Source of the DNA: Thermodesulfobacteriota bacterium
GTDB taxonomy: Bacteria; Desulfobacterota_D; UBA1144; Nemesobacterales; N074bin48
Direction: 5' to 3'
DNA length: 49,594 nucleotides
NCBI GenBank assembly: GCA_041572575.1
Contig: JBFFSH010000009.1
Location: forward strand, 1 to 49,594
Made by a program: the position numbers and the translations under genes. The notes below the pieces were generated by a model that was not told the DNA's origin, did not search any database, and was given only the letters and a program-made list of their open reading frames with translations. Position 1 is the stretch's first letter; each line of letters begins with the position of its first letter. Below, one piece after another: positions 36,632 through 46,252 of the stretch.

Positions 36632-39307
36632 ATGAATTCGCTTGACCAAACTATTCGAAACTTGCCTTTCCTTAAAAGACTGGGGAAGGAAAAAGTAAAT
36701 AAACTTTTAGAGCAGGCTCAAATTGTAGAATTTAAAAAAGATCAGGTTATTTCAAAGCAATTTGAGCATAGCCATTCTTTTTATTTCCTTCTAGATGGTG
36801 AAGTGAATTTCAGTATAAGGGTAGAAAACAACACCGATGTATTTTCAGTAGGGAAATCAGATGAAAAGTTCACTCCAATCGGCTGGTCGGGTTTTCGTGT
36901 TCCGGGCCGTTATGCGACTACCGTTACTTGTGAGACCCACTGCACTTTACTCAAGTGGTCCTTTGATGATTTAATGACACTGTTTGAAGAGGATCCCCTT
37001 ATTGGGAAGAAATTCTTATGCTTTGTACTCCAGAAGGCAGTTCACCTATTAAATCAAGTATGGATAGAGCTTACCAAATTTAATAATTCAGACTGGTATG
37101 TAGATTTTGGCCAGGAAACAGAATCACCTGATGAACAAGAGGATATATCTGTACAGTCTCCAATCGAACTTCTAAGACAGTCCCCGTTCTTTGAAATATT
37201 TTCTGAACAAGATCTATATAAGTTATCAGAGATAGCTGAAAAGAAATATTATTATGGTGGCGACAGAGTTTTTACACAGGGTGAACAAGCCTCGGGTATC
37301 GATCTGCTCGTCTCGGGTAGAACCGCCATGTGTTTTTCTCCTGAAGCTACAACCAAACCATTAGATGACGACCAGGTAGAAGATTCTGCTTCGCTAAGAC
37401 TTGTTCAAAAAACCGGATATGTTGTAGGTTGGGCCGGTGCGTTTGACGGCTTTGTAAATGACTGCACAGCGGTTGCTACAAGAAATGCCGTTATTTATCA
37501 TTTCAAAAAAACTTCTCTGGATAAACTTTTTAAAGACAATTCTGTTCTTGCATTAAATTTTGTTAAGAGACTACTTTGGTTATTATCAAACCAGTTGAGA
37601 AATGCCAGAGCAAGGCTTATTTCCCAGCACTACGAGCTTGAAATTACATCTATACGCAACCTTATGGAGCAAAACGCGGCACAGCTGAGTGTTACTTCTG
37701 CACTGCATAAGGTTGCTCACCTGCTAACCCATACCTACACTATTGGGGATGCATTCAATCTTTTATTCCAGGTAGAAAAAGATGGTAGTACACTTGAAAA
37801 AGGTCTTGCAAGATTATGCCTCGATATATTGGGAAAAGTATATAAGGAACATCTCTTTTTCGAGGGGCTAAAAAAGGTTTATCAGTTTGTCTCTGAAGCA
37901 CCTGACAACATGACAACCAAGGGCGTAAGGGTACAGTCATCCAGGAAATATGTAGAGCTATTCAAGCAAATTCCCCATGTAGTAGAGGGTTGGGAAAATC
38001 TTCCCGAAAAAGCAGGAAACATTTTTATTTCTAACCATTTAGTAAATGATCCATATAACACACTTCCAAACAACTTTCAGATAACACTCGATTCACACTT
38101 CATAAGCTCCATGATTTTATACAAAAAATATGGTGATCCGGGTGTAAGAGTCGTCAGGGTTCCAAGATCAGAAGAATTTGGCCATCAGAATTATTATAAC
38201 AAACTTGGCCATATAAATGTCTATACTAAGGAGTCTGACAGTTCAGAAGAATCGCTTAGAATACAAAAAGAACAAAATAAGCTATTTTACAAAACTGCTA
38301 CAGAATATATTAAATCCGGACAAAACCTGATGCTTAGCCCCGAAGGTACAAGCTACAGGACAGAGGACTCACCCGGACCGTTTAAGCCCGGTGCTTTCAG
38401 ACTTGCTGCATCAATTGATCCGGAACCTTTTATTGTACCAATAGTCGTAGCTAATTTTGACAAGAGACTAAATCGCAATGTTTTTTCATTGATCATCAAA
38501 GAGCCGTTTAAATTATCAGACTTAGTTGATAAACCTCAGGAAAATAGAGATGGTTTAGCTCAATTTCTGGATGAACTGCAAAATAAATACAAAGGCGATG
38601 TACAAGAAGCTATAGCACTTGCAAATAAAACAGCTTCAACCAAGATTAATTTAAAACTCTTTGAAAGAGTGAAGGAAGACTCTAGAGTATATAGTAAAAC
38701 CAATATGACTATAGATGAATTAATGTTTGAAGGCAATGTAAAATTACTGGAAAGAAGAAGAGTAGGTACAAAGGAAAACCCGGTTGTTTTTTATGGAAGC
38801 TCCTCTCTTCGACTTTGGGAGACCATTGAACAGGATTTCCCCGGGCATGATATATTGAATCTTGCATTTGGCGGATCAACCATTGATTACTGCTCATATT
38901 ATTTCGATAGGCTAATAAAACCAAGCAATATTAAATCATTCGTATTCTACGCAGGAGATAATGATATAGGGCATGGAAAATCTGCTACTCAGGTGTTTGA
39001 TTCTTTTCTTATTTTATATAACAAGTTCAGAGAATCATTCACCGACACTAAATTTACCTTTGTTTCAATCAAACCCAGTATTGAGAGAGCAAAATTTATA
39101 AACAGAATACAAAAGGCAAACAAGCTTATAAAAGAGTTCTTGGAAAGAGAGCCAAACACATTTTATCTAAATGTTCATGATCAGATGCTAAACGGAGACA
39201 AACTTGCAAAGCCTGAGCTCTATACTGAAGACGAGCTTCATATGAGTGAAAAGGGTTATGAGCTATGGAAGGAAGTTTTTCTAGAGAATGCGGATGAGAT
39301 ATTTTAA
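36632..39307 (+). CDS. Multidomain protein: two cyclic-nucleotide-binding-fold domains + PlsC-like acyltransferase + SGNH/GDSL hydrolase
   Basis: Two CNBD folds (LPFL..L...FYFLLDGEV; SPFF..F...VF.QGE...LL.SG); FISNH, SPEGTS, FKPGAFRLA, IVPI; FYGSSS, NLAFGGST, YAGDND, DELH. Confidence 0.85.
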   Translation: MNSLDQTIRNLPFLKRLGKEKVNKLLEQAQIVEFKKDQVISKQFEHSHSFYFLLDGEVNFSIRVENNTDVFSVGKSDEKFTPIGWSGFRVPGRYATTVTCETHCTLLKWSFDDLMTLFEEDPLIGKKFLCFVLQKAVHLLNQVWIELTKFNNSDWYVDFGQETESPDEQEDISVQSPIELLRQSPFFEIFSEQDLYKLSEIAEKKYYYGGDRVFTQGEQASGIDLLVSGRTAMCFSPEATTKPLDDDQVEDSASLRLVQKTGYVVGWAGAFDGFVNDCTAVATRNAVIYHFKKTSLDKLFKDNSVLALNFVKRLLWLLSNQLRNARARLISQHYELEITSIRNLMEQNAAQLSVTSALHKVAHLLTHTYTIGDAFNLLFQVEKDGSTLEKGLARLCLDILGKVYKEHLFFEGLKKVYQFVSEAPDNMTTKGVRVQSSRKYVELFKQIPHVVEGWENLPEKAGNIFISNHLVNDPYNTLPNNFQITLDSHFISSMILYKKYGDPGVRVVRVPRSEEFGHQNYYNKLGHINVYTKESDSSEESLRIQKEQNKLFYKTATEYIKSGQNLMLSPEGTSYRTEDSPGPFKPGAFRLAASIDPEPFIVPIVVANFDKRLNRNVFSLIIKEPFKLSDLVDKPQENRDGLAQFLDELQNKYKGDVQEAIALANKTASTKINLKLFERVKEDSRVYSKTNMTIDELMFEGNVKLLERRRVGTKENPVVFYGSSSLRLWETIEQDFPGHDILNLAFGGSTIDYCSYYFDRLIKPSNIKSFVFYAGDNDIGHGKSATQVFDSFLILYNKFRESFTDTKFTFVSIKPSIERAKFINRIQKANKLIKEFLEREPNTFYLNVHDQMLNGDKLAKPELYTEDELHMSEKGYELWKEVFLENADEIF

Positions 39308-39834
39308 AGGTTATCTGAACTACTTGATCTGGGAACTAACCAGTAATATACAACACCAGAATATTTATCTAATGCAAAATATGTATCGTGTCTTCCTATC
39401 ACATAGTTACCCGTAGATAGAGTCTCTGTTTTTAAATTATAAATTTCTAAACTAGAATTTTTCACATCATCTACATCAAAAGCACATCTATTATATAAAA
39501 GTCCAAAATAAGGTGGTTCTTCATATGAGTCATTTACTTGCTTATACCCTTTTTGGTTAAGTATCCTCACAAAATCATCTGAATGAGATGCTGGTATATA
39601 AAATCTTACGCAAGCTGCACTATACGAAGCACCGTTTACAATTTCTATTCTTTTTGAACTCTCTGGTATATATTCAGGTACCCAACCCCTTTCAAATAAC
39701 CCCTCGTATCTTGCATGGTTATAATCGTAATACTTATGAGCTTTGCCTCCAAACGTCAAAAATAGCAATAATATAATTATTACTACAATAGTAGTTTTAA
39801 AAATTATCTTTAATTCATACTTTAAAGTACTCAT
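39304..39834 (-). CDS. Hypothetical membrane-anchored protein
   Basis: Single N-terminal TM; Y..Y..A....LFERGWVP.YIP.SS..I motif. Confidence 0.7.
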   Translation of the reverse strand: MSTLKYELKIIFKTTIVVIIILLLFLTFGGKAHKYYDYNHARYEGLFERGWVPEYIPESSKRIEIVNGASYSAACVRFYIPASHSDDFVRILNQKGYKQVNDSYEEPPYFGLLYNRCAFDVDDVKNSSLEIYNLKTETLSTGNYVIGRHDTYFALDKYSGVVYYWLVPRSSSSDNL

Positions 39835-39844
39835 ATCAATAACT

Positions 39845-40459
39845 TTAATATAAAATATTCACTTTCCCACTCGTACTATTCTGTAATTCCGTTTCCAACT
39901 GGTTTAGATTATCTTCGGGAACTTCTAATTTCATATCTACATTATCAGTGTAAATTGAATCAGCAATTTCTAAGCTGAATTTATTTAGCACCTGCCGCAC
40001 TGTATTTTCATACTGGTAATCAAATTTGAGTGTAATGGATTTCAATGCTACACAGTCTTCAAGCGGAAGTTTATCAAGAGCGTCTTGTACAGAGCTTGTA
40101 TATGCGCGGACAAGTCCTCCTGTCCCCAGCTTAGTGCCACCGAAGTACCTGCTAACTACAACTACTATCTCTCCAATCTTTTTGTGCTGCAGCACACTTA
40201 GTATGGGTTTGCCTGCTGTACCCGATACTTCTCCATCATCTCCAAATCCAATATCCGTGGTACTATCTGGATTTCCTGCCACAAAAGCATAGCAGTTATG
40301 GGAAGCGTCTGAATACTTCTTGCTCACAGTATCAATAAATTCTTTTGCTTTTTGTTTATCTGTTACTCTTGTAACAGAAGTTATAAACTTACTATTTTTA
40401 ATAACCTGTTCTACGGTAACAGTTTTGGATGGAACTTTGTAAGAAGAATCTTCTGCCAT
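39845..40459 (-). CDS. yigZ: YigZ/IMPACT family protein
   Basis: IKNSKFI, ASHNCYA, DDGE.SGTAG.P, V.RYFGG.KLG.GGLVRAY. Confidence 0.92.
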   Translation of the reverse strand: MAEDSSYKVPSKTVTVEQVIKNSKFITSVTRVTDKQKAKEFIDTVSKKYSDASHNCYAFVAGNPDSTTDIGFGDDGEVSGTAGKPILSVLQHKKIGEIVVVVSRYFGGTKLGTGGLVRAYTSSVQDALDKLPLEDCVALKSITLKFDYQYENTVRQVLNKFSLEIADSIYTDNVDMKLEVPEDNLNQLETELQNSTSGKVNILY

Positions 40460-40474
40460 AATAAAAAATGTTAA

Positions 40475-40828
40475 TTAACCCTCACCAGACCTGGCGCAGT
40501 CGATGCAAAGTAAGGCTGAGGGGTCAAACTCAAGCCGCTTTGGATCAATCTCAAGGCCGCAGTGAGTGCAGTATCCAAAATCGTCTTCATCTATTCTTTT
40601 AAGGGCAGCATCAATTCGTTGGATTCTAATTTCCCTTCTTCTCTGTGACTCAACCGCTATTGCCTGAGACTGCATCGCATCCATTCTGGATAAGCGGCCA
40701 ACCTTGGATTGATCGAGCTCAACGGTTTTTGTAGCTTCTTGCCCTGCTTCACCTTCTTTCAATAGCTCGGATTTTATATGAGCTAACTTGTCCCTGTAAT
40801 ATTCCAGATCGATCTCGTCGCTGCCCAT
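40475..40828 (-). CDS. TraR/DksA family C4 zinc-finger regulator
   Basis: LDQ..VGRLSRMDAMQ.Q, AL.RI...FG.CTHCG..I...RL...P...LCIDCA. Confidence 0.92.
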   Translation of the reverse strand: MGSDEIDLEYYRDKLAHIKSELLKEGEAGQEATKTVELDQSKVGRLSRMDAMQSQAIAVESQRRREIRIQRIDAALKRIDEDDFGYCTHCGLEIDPKRLEFDPSALLCIDCARSGEG

Positions 40829-40837
40829 GTTTGTAAC

Positions 40838-41041
40838 CTAATTCCCCTTCTTTCTTCGTTCTGTCACCTGCTCTCCGGCTATGCCCCAGTTATCGGTGTC
40901 CACTTCATCTATTACAACGACCGTGGTGGCTGGGTTTTTACCAAGTACTTCTTTTAGTAAATTGGTCGCACCCTCTATAAGCTTTGCTTTCTGTTCCTTT
41001 GTTGCACCTTCTCTTGTGATCTTGATATTTACATACGGCAT
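40838..41041 (-). CDS. 4-oxalocrotonate tautomerase family protein
   Basis: Catalytic N-terminal Pro (MPYVNIK), EQKA.LI.G.T, V.IDEV...NWG..G. Confidence 0.93.
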   Translation of the reverse strand: MPYVNIKITREGATKEQKAKLIEGATNLLKEVLGKNPATTVVVIDEVDTDNWGIAGEQVTERRKKGN

Positions 41042-41098
41042 TATTACTCCTTTGGAACGGGTAATTTTTCACTAATATACATAATTGATATCATACAG

Positions 41099-41929
41099 CT
41101 ATTTTCTTCCCTTAAGCTGCTTTAAGGTTTCATACTGTAAAGAGTTCAGTGCTTCAAAAAGTACACCGTCCACTTCGACGCTATATTGATTGGATACATC
41201 AACCCCAGTAAGTGGTACAAACTTTTTGTCTCCATAAAGCCGTACAACATAGAGCATACAATTTAGACGCGCCTCGATCTTGGAATTTGAATTTACTGTT
41301 ATCCATGGTGATTTATTTGATGAAGTATGCTGAAACATCTGATTTTTATAGTTGGTGTACTTCTCCCACTTTTTTCTTGCATAAAGATCATTTTCTGAAA
41401 ATTTCCAAAATTTGAGGGGATCTGCCAACCGTTCCTGAAACCGGATAAGCTGTTGTTCACTATCGACTGATAAATAAAATTTAACCAGTTTAAGACCATC
41501 TTTTATGAGTTTATGCTCCCAATCCAAAACCTTACCCATAAAATATTCATACTGCTTTTGTGAGCAGTAACCCATAGTAGGCTCTATAAGTGCGCGGTTA
41601 TACCACGAGCGGTCAAAAAATACAATTTCCCCTTTTTTAGGAAGCTGTTTTTCATATCTATGAAACCACCTCTTCGATTCTTTGGGAGTTGGAATGCCCA
41701 GTTCTACTATCCTGTAGTATTTGGGCATAAGTTTTTCAGTAAATCGGATTATGGTAGAGCCTTTTCCGGCGGCATCCCTGCCGTCAAAGGTAATACACAT
41801 TCTCTTACCTTTATTTACTATATCCTGCTGTATATTTAAAAGCTCTAACTGTAGGCGGCGCTTTTCAATATGGTAATCTTTTAGATTTATACCTTTATAC
41901 GGATTTTCAAGATCAATTATTTTTTTCAT
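41099..41929 (-). CDS. ppk2: Polyphosphate kinase 2
   Basis: GRDAAGKG (Walker A), FDRSWYNRA (Walker B), R..DPLK.WK.S..D, PW. Confidence 0.93.
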   Translation of the reverse strand: MKKIIDLENPYKGINLKDYHIEKRRLQLELLNIQQDIVNKGKRMCITFDGRDAAGKGSTIIRFTEKLMPKYYRIVELGIPTPKESKRWFHRYEKQLPKKGEIVFFDRSWYNRALIEPTMGYCSQKQYEYFMGKVLDWEHKLIKDGLKLVKFYLSVDSEQQLIRFQERLADPLKFWKFSENDLYARKKWEKYTNYKNQMFQHTSSNKSPWITVNSNSKIEARLNCMLYVVRLYGDKKFVPLTGVDVSNQYSVEVDGVLFEALNSLQYETLKQLKGRK

Positions 41930-42069
41930 GATAAATCAAACGATAGAGTCTGTGATTAAAGTTATTATAACAAGGAATTGATTAAGATATTATGAAAATA
42001 TCATCCATAAAATCACTTTTCATTATAATATGACTTATCCTGTAAACAAAATTAATAAACAAACCGAAT

Positions 42070-43179
42070 ATGAAAGAGTATGATCTCATAATAGTCGGCG
42101 GCAGTTTTTCAGGTCTTTCATGCGCCAAATCGGCATCTGCAAGAGGACTCCAAACCGTACTATTCGATAAGAAAAGAGCACCGGATGCATCAACACAGAG
42201 CACCGGAATTTTTGTAAAGGAAATTGCGGATCAAATTGACTTACCTTCTGTCCTAACAAGAAAAATACATGGAGTCAGGCTTTATAGCCCTAACCTGAAT
42301 TCTATAGATTTGGTTTCCCCCGGATATTACTTTTTGGCTACAAACACAACTCAGGTTCTAAAATGGCTTGCAGACCAGGCTGCAGACACGGGAGCGGAAC
42401 TGCTTTATGGCCAAAACATCACAGATGCATACATAAAGGGCAATAAAATAGTATTACCTAATCAGCAGGTAACTACTTCATATCTTGTCGGTGCTGACGG
42501 CGTAAGATCAAGAGTGGCTAAAATTTTCGGCCTCGGACAAAACACACAAGTTCTGCTCGGAATAGAGTATGAAGTAGAAGGTTTAACTAATTTAGACGGA
42601 GATTTTCTCCATGTATTTCTGGATTCTGAGCTTGCCCCGGGATATATAGCATGGATAGTCCCGGGAGTTCACTTTTCACAAGTTGGTCTTGCATCTTATT
42701 ATCCCAAAAAACCGGATATAAAACAGTTTTATCAAATAGTTGAAAACAAATTCGGCGGTAAAAACACTAAGATAGTAAGCAGACGCGGAGGATTTATACC
42801 ATGCGGGGGTACTGTAAGCCCACTTTCAAAAAATAATGTCTGCCTGCTTGGAGATGCTGCAGGGATGGTATCACCAATGACAGCAGGCGGGATTCATCCT
42901 GCAATTGAAGTAGGAAGACTTCTGGGAATAGCCATAAGCGACTATTTGCAGGACAAAGGCTTTGCTCCTGAAAAAGAGATAGCAAAACATATCCCATCTT
43001 ATCTTTTCAAAAATGGTCTTAGAAGATTCTTCAATTTTCTCACTCCACCAAACTTCCTGCTTAATATTTTGATAGACAATCCCCTTTTCAGAAAATCGGC
43101 CCAAATCATATTCTTCCATCATCGTGGATTATTATCCAAAAAAGCGTGGGCTGAAATACTTGGCAAAGAGAAAAAGTAG
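42070..43179 (+). CDS. Geranylgeranyl reductase-like FAD-dependent oxidoreductase
   Basis: YDLIIVGG..SG, VGADG.RS.VA, PGY.AWI.P, GDAAG.VSP.T.GGI. Confidence 0.88.
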   Translation: MKEYDLIIVGGSFSGLSCAKSASARGLQTVLFDKKRAPDASTQSTGIFVKEIADQIDLPSVLTRKIHGVRLYSPNLNSIDLVSPGYYFLATNTTQVLKWLADQAADTGAELLYGQNITDAYIKGNKIVLPNQQVTTSYLVGADGVRSRVAKIFGLGQNTQVLLGIEYEVEGLTNLDGDFLHVFLDSELAPGYIAWIVPGVHFSQVGLASYYPKKPDIKQFYQIVENKFGGKNTKIVSRRGGFIPCGGTVSPLSKNNVCLLGDAAGMVSPMTAGGIHPAIEVGRLLGIAISDYLQDKGFAPEKEIAKHIPSYLFKNGLRRFFNFLTPPNFLLNILIDNPLFRKSAQIIFFHHRGLLSKKAWAEILGKEKK

Positions 43180-43195
43180 TTAATAAGTAAAAATA

Positions 43196-43229
43196 ATGAT
43201 ACCCTGCCGGATTTACAGCAGGGTATCAT
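43196..43229. terminator. Stem-loop between convergent genes (likely terminator)
   Basis: ATGATACCCTGC-(10 nt)-GCAGGGTATCAT, a perfect 12-bp stem. Confidence 0.8.
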
Positions 43230-43256
43230 CACAATCTTTAAGAATTTTACTAAAAA

Positions 43257-43781
43257 TTATCCGTGTTCCAGATCAACTTTAAATGTGTCTGCAAATCTTG
43301 TAAGCACATGAAAAGTGCCCGCTACCATTGTGAGTTCTGCAATTTCGCCGTCATTGAAATGATTTCTCATTTGAGCAAGTGATTCTTCGCTGGCTGCGAC
43401 ATTCTGTGCAAGCTCCGTTGTGTATTGAACAATAGCCTTTTCTTTATCATCGAGTGCAGCACTTGTAGCATCAGCTGAAGCTGCAATTTTTTCATCTGTA
43501 AGTCCGGCTCTCTTTCCCGCTGCTGTATGGTGAGCGGTACAATAGGAACAACCATTTAATTTACTCGTAGTTAATATGGCAAGCTCCTTAAGATCGTTGC
43601 TAACCTGTGTCTGGCCGAGTGCTGCACCTAAAAAAGGCATGAAACCCGAGAGCATTTCGGGCGCATTTGCCATTGCCTTTATTACGTTTGGAACTACACC
43701 AAACTTTTGCTGAAGCCCGTCATAAACGGGTTGAAGGTTTTCAGCTGCCTGTTCTTTTTCTACATATGGTATTTTAGCCAT
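43257..43781 (-). CDS. AhpD/carboxymuconolactone decarboxylase family peroxidase-like protein
   Basis: G.VPN...MANAP, KELAIL..S..NGCSYCTAHH; AAGGAGG RBS. Confidence 0.9.
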   Translation of the reverse strand: MAKIPYVEKEQAAENLQPVYDGLQQKFGVVPNVIKAMANAPEMLSGFMPFLGAALGQTQVSNDLKELAILTTSKLNGCSYCTAHHTAAGKRAGLTDEKIAASADATSAALDDKEKAIVQYTTELAQNVAASEESLAQMRNHFNDGEIAELTMVAGTFHVLTRFADTFKVDLEHG

Positions 43782-43803
43782 TATTGGCCTCCTTGTTTTT
43801 CAT

Positions 43804-43825
43804 TTGTTGAATAAACGTTCAACAA
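43804..43825. promoter_or_regulatory. Palindromic operator upstream of the AhpD-like gene (putative TetR site)
   Basis: TTGTTGAA-TAAACG-TTCAACAA. Confidence 0.75.
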
Positions 43826-43838
43826 TATACAAATTTTT

Positions 43839-44417
43839 TTATTTTAGTGTAGATAACATAACATTCACTATATCTTTCATCTGCTCTCCGCTTGCGTCCG
43901 ACTTTCCTGTAACCAGAAGCCCGTGCGTGCAGCTTGCAAAGAATGATGAAAGCGCTTTAACATTGGATTCTTTAGAAATTTCGCCCAGCTGCTGAGCCTT
44001 TAGCAGACATTCATAAAAAGCTGATTCTATATTTTTTAGTATCCCGTTTACTATATCTGCGGTCTGATCATCATGTGGTGCGAGTTCTACTACCGAATTT
44101 ACAACAAAACACCCGATACACCTCTTATCATATGGGCGCTGGATCATTTCGTTAAAAAACTTTTTTATATTTTCTGTGGGAGACTCTCCTTCATTCAAAA
44201 TCTTAATAGTATTTGCCGTAACGACTTCGCCGTAGTGCTTAATAGACTCAAGAAACAGGCTATGCTTATCTCCAAAGGTGTTATAGATGCTTCCGGGCTG
44301 TATGCCCATCTCGTCTACAAGGTCTTTCATACTTGTAGCTTTATAGCCCTTTTGCCAAAAGACTCTCATGGCCTTTGATAAGGTCTCGTCTTTGTTGAAT
44401 TCGTAATGTCTTCCCAT
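43839..44417 (-). CDS. TetR/AcrR family transcriptional regulator
   Basis: MGR..EF...L.KAM.VFW.KGY.ATSM.DL...MGI..GSIYNTFGDK..LF; GCF.VN. Confidence 0.95.
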   Translation of the reverse strand: MGRHYEFNKDETLSKAMRVFWQKGYKATSMKDLVDEMGIQPGSIYNTFGDKHSLFLESIKHYGEVVTANTIKILNEGESPTENIKKFFNEMIQRPYDKRCIGCFVVNSVVELAPHDDQTADIVNGILKNIESAFYECLLKAQQLGEISKESNVKALSSFFASCTHGLLVTGKSDASGEQMKDIVNVMLSTLK

Positions 44418-44426
44418 GCTGGTTAT

Positions 44427-44455
44427 ATTATAACAAATTTTGAACGCTTGTTCAA
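44427..44455 (-). promoter_or_regulatory. tetR promoter with overlapping palindromic operator
   Basis: Minus strand TTGAAC (44455-44450), 17 nt, TATAAT (44432-44427); operator TTGAAC-GCTT-GTTCAA at 44440-44455. Confidence 0.75.
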
Positions 44456-44549
44456 GAATAACTTTATTCTAGAATTTATATTTTTTATTCAGGGATTACT
44501 TATTGAAATTATTGATTTAATCAGTCTTGTTATAAAACTTAAGAAAAGA

Positions 44550-44582
44550 AATCAGGGAAAGAACTAAAATCTTTCCCTGATT
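44550..44582 (-). terminator. Rho-independent terminator
   Basis: AATCAGGGAAAGA-(7 nt)-TCTTTCCCTGATT followed on the minus strand by TCTTTTCTT. Confidence 0.85.
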
Positions 44583-44595
44583 AGTGATCAATTAT

Positions 44596-45108
44596 TTACT
44601 TCTTATCTTTATATGGGCAGTCTTCCTTCTTGTCTTTATAGCTGCATTCTTTGTCACCGCACTCTTTATGCCCGCAATCTTTACCGTCCCATTTTTGCTC
44701 CCATTTTTCTTTCATGATGCCGGAAAGGGTTACAATCTGCTCATCTGAAAGAAGCGCTCTCATTTTAAGCTTCATCTCAAGCTTAAGCTGCATCTTCTCT
44801 GTCTTCTTGGCTATTTTTTCATTATGTTTTGCCGTTATAGCTTCGTCTGTAGCCTTTGGATCACCCATGAGATCGTAAAGCTCTTTTTTGATTGTCTTTA
44901 TTTCGGCCCATAATTCTGCCTTTTTACCCGCATAACTTTCATGTATTGCATTCAAATCAGCAATCTGTTTTTCCGAAAGTCCTACTTTTGTTGCAATCTC
45001 CTCATTTTCCCACCACTTGTAGTGCTTACCTTTATAATGGTGTGCTGCAAATGCCGATACAGATAGTGCTAAAACAAGAAGAAAAACCGATAATGATAAT
45101 CTTTTCAT
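44596..45108 (-). CDS. Spy/CpxP/periplasmic heavy-metal sensor-like protein with Cys-repeat tail
   Basis: Signal peptide; KWW.....VGLSEKQI and LLSDEQI (LTxxQ-like motifs); helical. Confidence 0.8.
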   Translation of the reverse strand: MKRLSLSVFLLVLALSVSAFAAHHYKGKHYKWWENEEIATKVGLSEKQIADLNAIHESYAGKKAELWAEIKTIKKELYDLMGDPKATDEAITAKHNEKIAKKTEKMQLKLEMKLKMRALLSDEQIVTLSGIMKEKWEQKWDGKDCGHKECGDKECSYKDKKEDCPYKDKK

Positions 45109-45242
45109 CTAAAAACCTCCGTAAATATGTGCTGTTTTCTTATAAACTACTAATTCTAACCCTTTGTTTCAATAAATAAATTCATTTTAGAGTTAAAATA
45201 ATATAGAATATTATTACTCAAATTTTTACTTATACTACTAAA

Positions 45243-46148
45243 ATGGAAAATAAACAAAAATTCATAGCCGCAGCCGTGCAGGCATCACCCGTATTTCTTA
45301 ATAAGACAAAAACTATTGCCAAGGTAAATAAATTAATAGCCGAGGCTACCAAAAACGGTGCAGAACTAGTCGTATTCCCCGAAGCTTTCATACCCACCTA
45401 TCCCTTCTGGCCAAAAGACATCGGCACGCCGGAGGGAAGGAAACTTATTATTGATGCATACACCGATCTTCATAAAAACTCCGTTGAAGTCCCAAGCGCA
45501 GATACTGAGAAGATCGGCAAAGCTGCAAAGAAAGCCGGGGTATATGTAGTAATCGGCGTAAATGAAAAAGAGGGCGGGACTTTATACAATACGATTTTAT
45601 ACTTTGGAAAAGACGGCTCTTTGCTCGGAAAGCACAGGAAGTTTATGTCCATAGATTCTGAAAAGTGCATCTGGGCAAACGGTACGGCAAAAGACGTGAC
45701 CGTGGTAAATACAGACATCGGCAAAGTAGGAGGACTTTTCTGTTATGAGCACCATATGACCCTTGCAAAGTATGCAATGTTTCAAAAGGGCGAGCAGATT
45801 CATGTGGGCCTATGGGGAGGGCACGGGTTTGTAAAAAACACAATGGACTTTGCAAGCAAACAGTATGCATTCGAGGGACAGACATTTGTTATCATTTCAT
45901 CCATGACAATTACAGAAGACCAAATCCCCGATTCCTTTCCCCTAAAAAAACAGACCATGTGGGACTACCCGGGCGGAAGTGGAATTATTAATCCGCGTGG
46001 GGAATACATCGCAGGCCCAGTGTATGGTAAAGAAGAAATCGTCTACGGCGAAATTGATACCGACCTTATCCTGAGAGCCAAGGCCGTAATAGACGGCACC
46101 GGCCACTTCTCAAGACCAGATATTTTTCAGTTGGAAGTTAAGGAGTGA
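45243..46148 (+). CDS. Nitrilase (carbon-nitrogen hydrolase family)
   Basis: E-K-C triad: FPEAFIP.YP.W, HRK, CYEH; YAFEGQ.FV, D..GHFSRPDIF. Confidence 0.92.
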   Translation: MENKQKFIAAAVQASPVFLNKTKTIAKVNKLIAEATKNGAELVVFPEAFIPTYPFWPKDIGTPEGRKLIIDAYTDLHKNSVEVPSADTEKIGKAAKKAGVYVVIGVNEKEGGTLYNTILYFGKDGSLLGKHRKFMSIDSEKCIWANGTAKDVTVVNTDIGKVGGLFCYEHHMTLAKYAMFQKGEQIHVGLWGGHGFVKNTMDFASKQYAFEGQTFVIISSMTITEDQIPDSFPLKKQTMWDYPGGSGIINPRGEYIAGPVYGKEEIVYGEIDTDLILRAKAVIDGTGHFSRPDIFQLEVKE

Positions 46149-46252
46149 TAAGTTTATTCTTTTTTTTAACCTAACCCGAAGTGCCCCCTCTTATTTACTT
46201 TTCGAACAAAAGGTAGTAAACTATTAACCAAAATAAATTACTAAAGATTACT

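Noticed and set aside
36632..39307. CBASS/Pycsar-type antiphage effector (cNMP sensor plus lipase)
   Set aside because: No adjacent cyclase or CD-NTase, and the neighbours are housekeeping-type genes; cannot be supported from this window
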